Below are positions 1 through 8,279 of a stretch of DNA of 39,127 nt, one piece after another. The stretch is taken from the IMG/VR virus record IMGVR_UViG_3300031861_000375, positions 1 to 39,127 of that record; one strand, given 5' to 3'. Source of the DNA: a virus (taxonomy: Duplodnaviria; Caudoviricetes). The notes below the pieces were generated by a model. It saw only the letters and a list, made by a program, of their open reading frames with translations, made no database searches and was not told the origin of the DNA. Each line of letters begins with the position of its first letter. Within the stretch, counting starts at the first letter, position 1. A program made the position numbers and the translations under genes.

Positions 1-984
1 GTGCCGGGATCAGCCCTTGATACGGAAGACGCGATCTATCTTCCCTCCGCTCTCAGCGCTTCAGACCCTGAAAGTCTGTTTCGTGTGTGCTCCCTTATAA
101 GCGCAGCGACTGATGATGTAGTCGTTGATGCGGGAGAGCTTAAGTTCATTGACCCCTTTGGTCTCGCCGTGCTTCGCGCTGCGCTCGAAACCCAGCCTGC
201 TGGAAAGCAAATCAACTGGCGTTGGATGTCCCAAGACCTGATCGACTATTTTGCGCGAATGGATTTTTTTCAGGAGCTATTGGTCGAAGGTCTTGACCTA
301 AAAAACGCTAGGCTTCAGTTAGCTGGCGAGCCGTTCAGCTGTGTTGAGCTGATAAAAGTCACTGACTCTGGCCAATCGGAAGAGACTGCATCGCGGCTTG
401 TCCGCGCGATGATGGGCGCAGATGCAGACCTTGATCAGTACGAACCGTACAGACGCCCAATCGAATATGCCTTGAAGGAGCTCCTCGAAAATGCTCTTTC
501 CCACGCACGGCGTGAAGGACATTTCAATTCTTCTGTATGGGTAGCTTGCCAACACTTCACTAATGCTGGCACTGTGCGGTTATCAATTGTTGACAACGGC
601 TGTGGTTTTTTGGCTACGCTCCGCAACCACGTACAGCTAAAAGACAACAAGACTCACGCCGCCGCAATTCAGGCCGCACTGATTGAACGGGTTAGCTGCA
701 ATCGAGGCCCCCAAGTCGGTTATGAAACCGATAGTCAGAATCAAGGTGTTGGTTTGACAATGACTGCTAAGATTGCTAAAGCAGCTGAGGGGCATTTGGT
801 GGTAGCAAGTGGTGACGCATGGCTCCACACAACGCGCGAAGCGCAATTCTCACTGTCGGATTGCGCTTGGAAAGGTGTAGCAATCTCGTTTGAGTGCCAA
901 CGTGACAAGCTTCCCGAGATTGACATCTCCGCATTACTGCCCGCCGTTGAGGGTTCGCCGAATGTCGAGATCACATTCGAATGA
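1..984 (+). CDS. STAS-like N-terminal domain fused to GHKL/HATPase_c (anti-sigma-kinase-like) ATPase
   Basis: N-terminal VVVDAGELKFIDPFGL resembles STAS; ELLENALSHA (N box), IVDNGCGF (G1 box), NQGVGL (G2 box). GTG at window edge, so true start uncertain. Confidence 0.75.
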   Translation: MPGSALDTEDAIYLPSALSASDPESLFRVCSLISAATDDVVVDAGELKFIDPFGLAVLRAALETQPAGKQINWRWMSQDLIDYFARMDFFQELLVEGLDLKNARLQLAGEPFSCVELIKVTDSGQSEETASRLVRAMMGADADLDQYEPYRRPIEYALKELLENALSHARREGHFNSSVWVACQHFTNAGTVRLSIVDNGCGFLATLRNHVQLKDNKTHAAAIQAALIERVSCNRGPQVGYETDSQNQGVGLTMTAKIAKAAEGHLVVASGDAWLHTTREAQFSLSDCAWKGVAISFECQRDKLPEIDISALLPAVEGSPNVEITFE

Positions 985-990
985 TTCGCA

Positions 991-1018
991 GTAATTTATC
1001 TGAATTCAGATAAATTAC
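991..1018. promoter_or_regulatory. Perfect 28-bp palindrome, candidate operator or hairpin
   Basis: GTAATTTATCTGAATTCAGATAAATTAC equals its own reverse complement; intergenic. Function inferred. Confidence 0.55.
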
Positions 1019-1076
1019 CGGCATCTACGATACATATAAGATAGATTTTGATACATAAATCGCCGAGGAACGCGTA

Positions 1077-1388
1077 ATGCAAACCCAAATTAGTTTAGCG
1101 TCAGGATCAGATACTGTCCGCACGCTTGGCATGAGGGCATCTGCTGCGCCTTATCGAAAGGAAATTGAAATGATGCTCGACAGTGGGAACACTGTGCTCA
1201 TCGATTTTTCTGGTAAGGAAGCGACCCAGTCCTTTGTAGATGAGTTGGTTGGTGCTCTCGTACTAAAGAGAGGAGAGAGCGTTGTTTCCAAGCTCTCATT
1301 TAAAAACTGTCCTGATGCAGTAAAATCCATAATAAAATTTGTTATCAATGACAGAGCCGCGCAGCTGAACCAGCTAGCCACGGCTTAA
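1077..1388 (+). CDS. STAS-like domain protein (DUF4325-like)
   Basis: 103 aa, IDFSGKEATQSFVDELVG motif; GAGGA RBS upstream; follows GHKL ATPase gene. Confidence 0.75.
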   Translation: MQTQISLASGSDTVRTLGMRASAAPYRKEIEMMLDSGNTVLIDFSGKEATQSFVDELVGALVLKRGESVVSKLSFKNCPDAVKSIIKFVINDRAAQLNQLATA

Positions 1389-1399
1389 CTGGTACGACT

Positions 1400-1426
1400 A
1401 AAAACCCCCGCTACGCGGGGTTTTTT
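1400..1426. terminator. Bidirectional intrinsic terminator
   Basis: A-run, CCCCGC-TAC-GCGGGG stem-loop, T6 run, between convergent genes. Confidence 0.85.
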
Positions 1427-1601
1427 ATTTCGACTCCCCCCAAATCTCAGCCGCCTTTTCAAACCCCACCCACTTCCCCTCCCGATCCAGCCCGCGACTA
1501 GCCATCAGCTGGGCGGCAATAGCTTGTGTATCAACCTCCCCTTTCGCCATGGCGCTCAGCAGTTCGGTGGGCAGGGGTTGGAGGTGCTCGAGCAGGTTCA
1601 T
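1425..1601 (-). CDS. Small hypothetical phage protein (58 aa)
   Basis: MNLLEHLQPLPTELL...; AAGGAAA RBS before ATG at 1601. Confidence 0.7.
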   Translation of the reverse strand: MNLLEHLQPLPTELLSAMAKGEVDTQAIAAQLMASRGLDREGKWVGFEKAAEIWGESK

Positions 1602-1666
1602 TATCGTTTCCTTGGTGGTTTCCGTTGGCACCAGTAACGCTCTGGTGCCGTGGCATAGCAAGTGAA

Positions 1667-2470
1667 TCAGACGCCATCAAACAGGCCTCCGAGCGAGGCC
1701 GGCACCCAGTTCATAATCACCAGCTCACCCGTTGTTTCAGCCACGCCCTGCCGCTGGTTGGTGCAGCTGTAGCGGATATCGAGCTGCTCCATATGGAAGC
1801 CATCGAACGCCCGGCGGATATCGGGGTGGTCGTTGATGCTGACCATCACCTTGCCTTTGCATCGCCGCATGAAGTCGGCCATGCGCTCATAGTTTTCGTA
1901 GGGAAAGTCCACGCCATAGCCTGCGGTCTGCCAGTAAGGCGGGTCCATGTAGTGGAAGGTGTGCGCGCGGTCATAGCGCTCGGCACATTCAAGCCAGGGC
2001 AGGTTCTCCACATACACACCGGCCAGGCGCTGCCAGGCAGCGGACAGGTTCTCCTCGATGCGCATAATGTTCGGCGCCGGGCCGGTGGTTGCGGTACCGA
2101 ACGTCTGCCCACTGACCTTGCCACCGAAGGCATGGTGCTGCAGGTAGAAGAACCGGGCAGCGCGTTGGATGTCGGTTAGGGTTTCCGGGCGGGTGATCTT
2201 CTGCCACTCGAACAGCTGCCGGCTGGAGAGCGCCCACTTGAATTGCCGCACGAACTCCTCGACGTGGTTCTGCACCACCCGGTACAGCGACACCAGGTCG
2301 CCGTTGATATCGTTCAGCACTTCCACGGGCGCCGGCTGCGGGCGCATGAAGAACAGCGCAGCACCGCCGGCAAAGACTTCGACGTAACATTCGTGAGGAG
2401 GGAACAACGGGATAAGACGGTCGGCCAGGCGGCGTTTGCCACCCATCCAGGGAATGATAGGACTGGTCAT
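1667..2470 (-). CDS. dam: DNA adenine methyltransferase (D12/Dam class)
   Basis: PWMGGK, EVFAGGA, LNDIN and catalytic DPPY motifs; start placed at MTSPIIPW. Confidence 0.93.
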   Translation of the reverse strand: MTSPIIPWMGGKRRLADRLIPLFPPHECYVEVFAGGAALFFMRPQPAPVEVLNDINGDLVSLYRVVQNHVEEFVRQFKWALSSRQLFEWQKITRPETLTDIQRAARFFYLQHHAFGGKVSGQTFGTATTGPAPNIMRIEENLSAAWQRLAGVYVENLPWLECAERYDRAHTFHYMDPPYWQTAGYGVDFPYENYERMADFMRRCKGKVMVSINDHPDIRRAFDGFHMEQLDIRYSCTNQRQGVAETTGELVIMNWVPASLGGLFDGV

Positions 2471-2486
2471 AGAATGCAAACCTTTA

Positions 2487-2502
2487 CTGTATAAATAAAC
2501 AG
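2487..2502. promoter_or_regulatory. LexA (SOS) box
   Basis: CTGTATAAATAAACAG matches CTGT-N8-ACAG with AT-rich spacer; 16 bp upstream of the methyltransferase ATG. Confidence 0.85.
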
Positions 2503-2517
2503 GTGCTAGGCTCTCCA

Positions 2518-2620
2518 CCGCTTCGTGCACGGAGTGGGAGCCTTGGCTTGGCTTGCAGGAATGGCTGCGGGTCGAGTGGCCTGCCTGGGTGCTGTAACAC
2601 CTGAGCGGGTCGCTCTTTTC
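2518..2620 (+). ncRNA. Putative three-hairpin small RNA antisense to the late transcript
   Basis: Stems 2518-2537, 2550-2573, 2574-2615 each need G-U pairs available only on the + strand; ends in TTTTCTT; preceded by TTTACT-N18-TAGGCT with extended -10 TG. Confidence 0.55.
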
Positions 2621-2630
2621 TTACGGAGGG

Positions 2631-3173
2631 TTATGGGGTTGCAGTGGGCTGGCCGGTCAGCGTCCGGACGTAGCCTTGCAGGTACTCGAGTTTCTTCTGA
2701 TCGCGGATCATTCCGCCCCGGATATTCCAAACAGCTGATCCAGCTCGCTCACTGAGTTCGACGCTGGCTCCATTGCCCAAGCTGCCGGCGCCGGCGGTAG
2801 CGGACACGACGCGGTCATTGGCGGCAATGATGACGTCGATCCGCAGCCGCTTACGCTCAGCATCAGCGCCAGAGTAAAGGCCACGTAACCTTTCGTTTTC
2901 AGCTTGTGCATCAGTCAGCTCCTTGTGTTTTATTGAATCCAGCTCGGCATGGCGCTGCTCGAGCAGTACCCGGGCATCTAATTGATCGCGCACCTGGTGG
3001 GCAGCCGCTCGAGCTATCTCGCCCAGGGTGTCGCTGTGGGATTTCTCAGCCATCGCCAGTCGTTCGCCGATGCGCCAGCCATTGCCCGCCCACCCTGCTG
3101 CAAAAACTGCAACCAGCAATGCGCCGAGCAACCAGGTGCGCGGCGATCCTGGGATTAGATCAACCATGCTCAT
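2631..3173 (-). CDS. Rz: Inner-membrane spanin (Rz-like)
   Basis: N-terminal TM segment, coiled coil, LEYLQGYVR C-terminus; ATGA overlap with endolysin; nested lipoprotein gene. Confidence 0.88.
   Translation of the reverse strand: MSMVDLIPGSPRTWLLGALLVAVFAAGWAGNGWRIGERLAMAEKSHSDTLGEIARAAAHQVRDQLDARVLLEQRHAELDSIKHKELTDAQAENERLRGLYSGADAERKRLRIDVIIAANDRVVSATAGAGSLGNGASVELSERAGSAVWNIRGGMIRDQKKLEYLQGYVRTLTGQPTATP
2708..2911 (-). CDS. Rz1: Outer-membrane spanin lipoprotein (Rz1-like), nested in Rz
   Basis: Signal peptide with lipobox VSGC, Pro-rich CPLPPAPAAWAM, embedded in an alternate frame of Rz. Confidence 0.85.
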   Translation of the reverse strand: MHKLKTKGYVAFTLALMLSVSGCGSTSSLPPMTASCPLPPAPAAWAMEPASNSVSELDQLFGISGAE

Positions 3174-3721
3174 ACCAGCACCTTGCTTGCCCGCAGCCAC
3201 AGTTCACGGCGGTCTGCTGCGCCGTTCTGCCCACCGTTGATCTTGCGGGTGATCGCGGTGAACTTGCCCTGGTCGGCCAAGGTGTTCAGCTCTTTCACCC
3301 ACCAGAACCAGCCGGCCGACTGCGCCGCCCACTCGGGTTGCTCCAGCAGTTGCGGCTCACGCAACAGGCGGTCATCACCGAACAGCCCGGCGCTGCACTT
3401 GAGGTAGTTGTAGCGGCCTGTGATCTGGATGAGCCCGCGCCCGCGATACAGCTGGCCATCGCCATCGGCCTTGGGCGTATTACCCAGGCGCTCGGCCAGT
3501 GGGCCGGTGTCGTACTTGGCCAGGTAGGCGTTGTTGCCTAGCTCTCGCGTCCACTGGAGCTGGCCGGACTCATGCCCGACCTGCGCCAAAAAGGCAGCCA
3601 TGCGCTTGGGCGTATTGATATGCCAGCGCTTGGCAGCAGCGTTGATTGCAGGTACAAAAACGCCCGCTGATCGGCGGGCGTTGGGCATGATGTGGAGCAA
3701 CTGCTGTTCCGTGATGTCCAT
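3170..3721 (-). CDS. Endolysin, glycoside hydrolase family 19
   Basis: AAFLAQVGHESG, YRGRGLIQITGRYNY, ITRKINGG motifs. Confidence 0.95.
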   Translation of the reverse strand: MDITEQQLLHIMPNARRSAGVFVPAINAAAKRWHINTPKRMAAFLAQVGHESGQLQWTRELGNNAYLAKYDTGPLAERLGNTPKADGDGQLYRGRGLIQITGRYNYLKCSAGLFGDDRLLREPQLLEQPEWAAQSAGWFWWVKELNTLADQGKFTAITRKINGGQNGAADRRELWLRASKVLV

Positions 3722-3776
3722 GAAGTCTCCACGTGTTTAGCCCCACACCATGGCGGGCTGTTTGATTGAGGTAGTT

Positions 3777-3983
3777 ATGCGCAACAAATTCCCCAGCCAG
3801 GTGCTGGCAAAGGCAGTGGCCAACCGCTTTGCAGCGGAAGCACTGGCCGATTTCGAATTAACACCAGCAGATCTGGCAGGCGAACCGCTCACCGCAGAAG
3901 AGCGTGTGGCGGTCTACGCCGAGATCAGGCAGATATCTGCCCGATTGAGGCTGGAAGCAGAGCGGCTGTACTCCCTGGTTTAG
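3777..3983 (+). CDS. Hypothetical protein (68 aa), moron-like, opposite to late operon
   Basis: GAGGT RBS before ATG 3777; fills gap between endolysin and a terminator. Confidence 0.65.
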   Translation: MRNKFPSQVLAKAVANRFAAEALADFELTPADLAGEPLTAEERVAVYAEIRQISARLRLEAERLYSLV

Positions 3984-3999
3984 GCCTCATCCAGGCAAT

Positions 4000-4024
4000 A
4001 AAAAGCCCGCACTTGGCGGGCTTT
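4000..4024. terminator. Intrinsic terminator, probably bidirectional
   Basis: AAAAAGCCCGC-ACTTG-GCGGGCTTT between convergent small ORFs. Confidence 0.8.
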
Positions 4025-4039
4025 GGTAAGCGCTCTTGG

Positions 4040-4219
4040 TTACAGCGGTTGCAGCTCAGTTGTGGACGGGGCTTCCAGGCCCATATCGCATACAGACAGC
4101 TCAAACACAGTGGGCGCTACCTGGCCCCCATACTTCATGCCCAAGCTGAATTGAATGGCCCCGAACACACTTACCGCTAAGGCCAAGGCTGCCAGTTCAA
4201 GTGCGCGCTTTCTTGTCAT
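4040..4219 (-). CDS. Small membrane-anchored or exported protein (59 aa, not in ORF track)
   Basis: Manual translation MTRKRALELAALALAVSVFGAIQFSLGMKYGGQVAPTVFELSVCDMGLEAPSTTELQPL; AAGGAA RBS; basic N-terminus then hydrophobic helix. Confidence 0.6.
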   Translation of the reverse strand: MTRKRALELAALALAVSVFGAIQFSLGMKYGGQVAPTVFELSVCDMGLEAPSTTELQPL

Positions 4220-4279
4220 CGCAGGTTCCTTTTGCGTTCTGCCGTCATTGGCATGGCAAGCGTAGCAGCCAGTAACCGG

Positions 4280-4738
4280 CTATGCCGCTAGCCTGGCGTA
4301 CCATGTTTCTGTCAGCCAGCGACACTGGTCGCCCGCTGTTCCTGGGTTGAATATGGAAGGCACAGGTAACGACAGCGCTCGCATACACCACTCTGAGCAG
4401 AACGCAGCATGCTCGGTCGGCCGGTTACGGTTGAACACCTGGCTTGCAATCAGTGACGGCCAACCGTAAACGTCGCTGTCGGTGGATTCGAAGTAACGGA
4501 CGATGGCGGCGCCGTCCGCCCAGGGCAGCTCGATCAAGTCCCAGTGATCCGCGCCCAGGCTGATTTCATCGGCCCCAGGCCCTACCCGCTTACGCCGCAC
4601 GCCCTTGTCCATCACTGAACTGGAGTAGCACCAGCCGTCCACCACCAATTCACAGTGGCTATAGATGCTGCCTGTCCACCCGCGAATAAGGTAATTGGCT
4701 ATTGTTCCGCGCCCCTTGTAGAGCGCCAGCTTGACCAT
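4280..4738 (-). CDS. Permuted papain-like (NlpC/P60, YiiX/YebB-like) protein in tail fibre module
   Basis: N-terminal YSHCELV (His) and C-terminal FCSEWC (Cys): permuted catalytic order. Confidence 0.7.
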   Translation of the reverse strand: MVKLALYKGRGTIANYLIRGWTGSIYSHCELVVDGWCYSSSVMDKGVRRKRVGPGADEISLGADHWDLIELPWADGAAIVRYFESTDSDVYGWPSLIASQVFNRNRPTEHAAFCSEWCMRALSLPVPSIFNPGTAGDQCRWLTETWYARLAA

Positions 4739-5475
4739 TAGGCGTTATTCCCAATGCCGGCCACAGCGGCTTCAATAGCCGCGATGGTTTGCGCTGCGAC
4801 GGCTTTAGCCTGTTCGACCTGGCCATCATTCACAAGCGCGCGGATGTGCTCTTTCGCCGCAAGGCGAGTTTCACGCAGCTGATAAAAGGCCTCTTTATAG
4901 GCTGCCGCCTCCGTCAAGATACTCTGCGCTGCTTGCTTGGGTGTGCGATCACCGATAACCCAAGCCATTACGGCGCGCGGGGTATCACCCAGGTAATCCG
5001 CTGCGGCAAAAGCAGCAGCTTCTTCGGCAGCGACTTTGTATTCCTCGGCGCGCAAGGGGTCGCCGGCTACGGTGTGGCGGGCGGCGTCGGCGGCCGTGTC
5101 GATTGCAAGGCAGAGGCTTGCCGATAGCGCTAGCCGGTTAACAGCTTGCAAGGCCGCGTCGAAGACCCAGCCGTTGCCTGACCAGCGGTGATCAGCTGAT
5201 GGCCGTGCCTCGGTGGTCAGGCCCTCCGGCAGTTCGCCCATGGCGGCGTACTGCTCTGCCGTGCCAGTGTCGGTGCGGTAAACCGTGCCGCGATGGTCGG
5301 CCAACTGTTGCGGTTGTCCATCAACCAGCGCCCAGACTTTGCCTGCTGCGGGATTAGCCAGCTTGGCAGCTAGTTGAATGGCATTGCTCGGTACCTGGAT
5401 GCCAATACCAGGTATGACAGGAAGCTCAATCGGACCTGTGAGGATGCCCGTGTTGTCTGCGATGTAAATGTGCAT
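4738..5475 (-). CDS. Tail fibre assembly/chaperone-like protein
   Basis: ADHRGTVYRTDTG...GELPEGLT...RPS..HRWSGNGW pattern; directly downstream of tail fibre. Confidence 0.8.
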   Translation of the reverse strand: MHIYIADNTGILTGPIELPVIPGIGIQVPSNAIQLAAKLANPAAGKVWALVDGQPQQLADHRGTVYRTDTGTAEQYAAMGELPEGLTTEARPSADHRWSGNGWVFDAALQAVNRLALSASLCLAIDTAADAARHTVAGDPLRAEEYKVAAEEAAAFAAADYLGDTPRAVMAWVIGDRTPKQAAQSILTEAAAYKEAFYQLRETRLAAKEHIRALVNDGQVEQAKAVAAQTIAAIEAAVAGIGNNA

Positions 5476-5485
5476 GGTGGGCTCC

Positions 5486-8215
5486 TCAGATCAGTTTGAT
5501 GCGTGCCGGATATGCGATGTTGCGCGGGCGCGAAACACCGGAAGACATGCTGGGGCCGCCAGACCCAGGGATATCGTCGGATGTGGTTGTTGAAAGCCAC
5601 GCAAGTTCTGCGCCTATGTACTGTGAAACGATATAAGGGTCTGCACCAAGCAAGTTACGAGCCGCGATGGGGTCAGTTTCCGTTTTTGCCCGCACCCCGA
5701 ACACAGCAGCGTTGCCTGTATCTATTACATTCAGCGTCCCTTTTTGCCAGCTGCCCGCGACTCGCGCAGGATCAATCGCCCGGCCTTCATCCAGCATCCT
5801 CAAGAACTCACCGCGAACGTCTGGCGAGCGCACAGTTGTAGAGCCGTCACCCCGCGTCCAACAACCTTCAAACCCAGCGCGGCCAGCATCATCGACCAGC
5901 ATGCCGCTGGCTTGTGCGTGATCCCAAACCCACGGCCAGTCTGCGCGGACAAAAAGCACGCCATGGGGTAGGCCATAGCCACCTGGCTGGATGGCGGTTG
6001 ATGTTTCAAAGCTCAGGCGACCAAGCGGGGAGTCATCGCGTCGGGCAATAGGCCACCAGCCACCTGCGCCGTCACTGCGCAGGTGCCACCAGTCGCCAGC
6101 CCCCATCAGATATAGGAAGCCGTAGCCCGCTGCATTGAGATGGGTGTGAAACTTGATCTTGTCCGCGCCAGATACTTGAACTTTTGCGCGGTTGCTGGTG
6201 TTGTCTAATCGACGGATAAGCAAGTCGCGCACGCCGAACGCGGCATCGTTGACCGGCAGGGTTAGCGTGCGGTCGCCAGCAGTGGCGTCCAGCACAATCA
6301 CACCCTCATGGGCGGCGGTGAGCAATGTGTTTGCGCTTAGGCTGGTGAACACCCCCCGCATCTTGTACTTTGCGCTCAGCTCGGTCGTCAGATCGTTAAT
6401 CTGCCGCTGCAACTTGCCGAAGCCTGCAAGCACGCTGTCGGTATCAAGCACCGGGCCTCCAGCCGCCAGGCTCAAACCACCCAAGGCCGCCGCAAGCACT
6501 CGCGCAACAGTGAACCACTTGTTGGTCGCGCCTTCAGTAAGGCTATCGGTGTCCGGGTTGGCGGTAGCGTTGCTGGCGACGGTGCCGAGCTTGGTTTTCT
6601 CAGCGTCCGTGTAGGCGTTCGTATCCGGGTTCGATTCGTAGAGCGTCTTGACGTCAGCGGCAGTGATCGGCGCGCCCGAGCCAGCTGGCTGCCACTGCGC
6701 ATCACTTACATCCCACACATGGCGGATTGTGTCGGAGCCAACCCCTGCGTCAACGTCTGCATAGTCGCCAGCACTGGCAGTTGGGTGAGCGGCCTGCAGA
6801 GCGCCGAGCGAGGCATACAGGCCCTTGAAGCGGCTGGACTCCAACCCTGCCAACTTGCTCTTTTCGGCGCTGGTGTAGTTCTCGTCACTCAGTACCTTGG
6901 CACCATCCTTATCCACTTTGCCGGACAGGGCGGTAGTCAGTGTTGCCGGCTGCACTGCGGTATCGGCCAGCGCGCCCTGGGCAGACGTGGCTTTGCTGTC
7001 GAGCGCCGCCTGCAAATCAGTCTGATCAGCAAGCGTGCCGCCAATGCCGCCCCACACAGCAGAGCCGCCGCCTGGGATAAGGCCTGCATCTTCTGTGGTT
7101 GTGTCGTCGTAGGTAATGATCAGGTGGCCGGAGCCATCAAGGGCCATGCTGGTAATGCCGCGGCCATCGACGCCGGCCGCGCCATCAGCACCATCAGCAC
7201 CATCTGCGCCAGACGCGCCAACAACAAGGCCAAGATCGGTTTCAATGGCATTCGTGTAGGTCACCACCAAATGGCCTGAGCCATTGATCACAAGGGCTGC
7301 AATACCAACGCCGTCAGCACCATCTGCACCAGTATCACCCTGCAGGAACTCAAGCCATTCAGCCTCGGTGCCTACAAAGCCATTATTCAACGCGACCTGA
7401 TAGGCGCTGATACCCGCCGGGCCTTGGAACGGCACGCCATCAGACCAGCCGGCACCTTCCCGAAAAAACAGTTCGCCTGTGGTTGTATCGAGGAACGAGA
7501 AGCCTTCCGGCTCGGAGTCGTACAGGGCGCGATCCGCAGTCGGGCCGGTGGCGTCTACCTGGAAGGCCGGGCCGACCGGGCCTTGCCCGCCGGGAACGCC
7601 CTGCCCGCCCGCAGTAACCACCCAGCCACCCGCGCACATGCCTGCCGCCGTAGGAGTTGTTCCGGCAGGCCACACTTTCGCCGTGCCAGTAAATGCGCGA
7701 AACACATCGCCGTTGCTGAAGCTGATATCGAGCAGCCAGTTACCGGTGCCCCAGGTGAGCGCGGCGGTTGCTTCATCGCTGAGCGCCACCTCAATCCAGC
7801 CACCCGCATTAACCGTTGGCACAATATTCAGCAGCTCACCGCCGGCAGCGTCCAGTACCTGAAGCACAGCCGTGGCGCCGGTTAGATCGACGGGCAGGTT
7901 GTAAACCAGCTCGCCGCCGGCCGGGGCTAACCCAGTGGCCGACAACGGGTTGATTTCCAGAGCGGCCGCATCGATCACTGTCGCCATGTGCGGGCGCTGG
8001 CGGATCGGCTCGGCATTGAGCTGCGGCATGCGCGTTACGCCACGGACCCATACCGGCCAGTCAATTGGTAGGCCGTGATCGACGGTCAGTTGCACCGGTG
8101 CCGATGGAGCGATTGCTGAAATCGGGCGGTACTCAAGCACCGGCTGCATGATGCGTAGCACTTGGCGGTAGGTGGCGCCCTGAATAATGGACAGGTCTAA
8201 GCGGGCCGGCTGCAT
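5486..8215 (-). CDS. Tail fibre protein with collagen-like repeats and C-terminal collar-like domain
   Basis: GXY repeats, SPDVRGEFLRMLDEGRAIDPARVAGSWQ and RPRNIAYPARIK C-terminal motifs; start placed at MQPARLDL after GGAG. Confidence 0.88.
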   Translation of the reverse strand: MQPARLDLSIIQGATYRQVLRIMQPVLEYRPISAIAPSAPVQLTVDHGLPIDWPVWVRGVTRMPQLNAEPIRQRPHMATVIDAAALEINPLSATGLAPAGGELVYNLPVDLTGATAVLQVLDAAGGELLNIVPTVNAGGWIEVALSDEATAALTWGTGNWLLDISFSNGDVFRAFTGTAKVWPAGTTPTAAGMCAGGWVVTAGGQGVPGGQGPVGPAFQVDATGPTADRALYDSEPEGFSFLDTTTGELFFREGAGWSDGVPFQGPAGISAYQVALNNGFVGTEAEWLEFLQGDTGADGADGVGIAALVINGSGHLVVTYTNAIETDLGLVVGASGADGADGADGAAGVDGRGITSMALDGSGHLIITYDDTTTEDAGLIPGGGSAVWGGIGGTLADQTDLQAALDSKATSAQGALADTAVQPATLTTALSGKVDKDGAKVLSDENYTSAEKSKLAGLESSRFKGLYASLGALQAAHPTASAGDYADVDAGVGSDTIRHVWDVSDAQWQPAGSGAPITAADVKTLYESNPDTNAYTDAEKTKLGTVASNATANPDTDSLTEGATNKWFTVARVLAAALGGLSLAAGGPVLDTDSVLAGFGKLQRQINDLTTELSAKYKMRGVFTSLSANTLLTAAHEGVIVLDATAGDRTLTLPVNDAAFGVRDLLIRRLDNTSNRAKVQVSGADKIKFHTHLNAAGYGFLYLMGAGDWWHLRSDGAGGWWPIARRDDSPLGRLSFETSTAIQPGGYGLPHGVLFVRADWPWVWDHAQASGMLVDDAGRAGFEGCWTRGDGSTTVRSPDVRGEFLRMLDEGRAIDPARVAGSWQKGTLNVIDTGNAAVFGVRAKTETDPIAARNLLGADPYIVSQYIGAELAWLSTTTSDDIPGSGGPSMSSGVSRPRNIAYPARIKLI

Positions 8216-8279
8216 AAAATCTCCAGGCAAAAAACCACAAGGCGTGGCTTGAGGGGTTGTCTAAATTAGCGGCGCGGCG

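Noticed and set aside
1389-1430. Prophage attachment site
   Set aside because: Only a terminator is visible; no tRNA fragment or partner repeat within the window.
2506-2730. Mu Com-like zinc-finger activator upstream of the methyltransferase
   Set aside because: ORFs here lack paired CxxC motifs; region is better explained by Rz/Rz1 ends and the structured RNA.
5486-8215. Diversity-generating retroelement or invertible tail fibre cassette
   Set aside because: No reverse transcriptase or invertase in the window and no duplicated fibre C-terminus seen.
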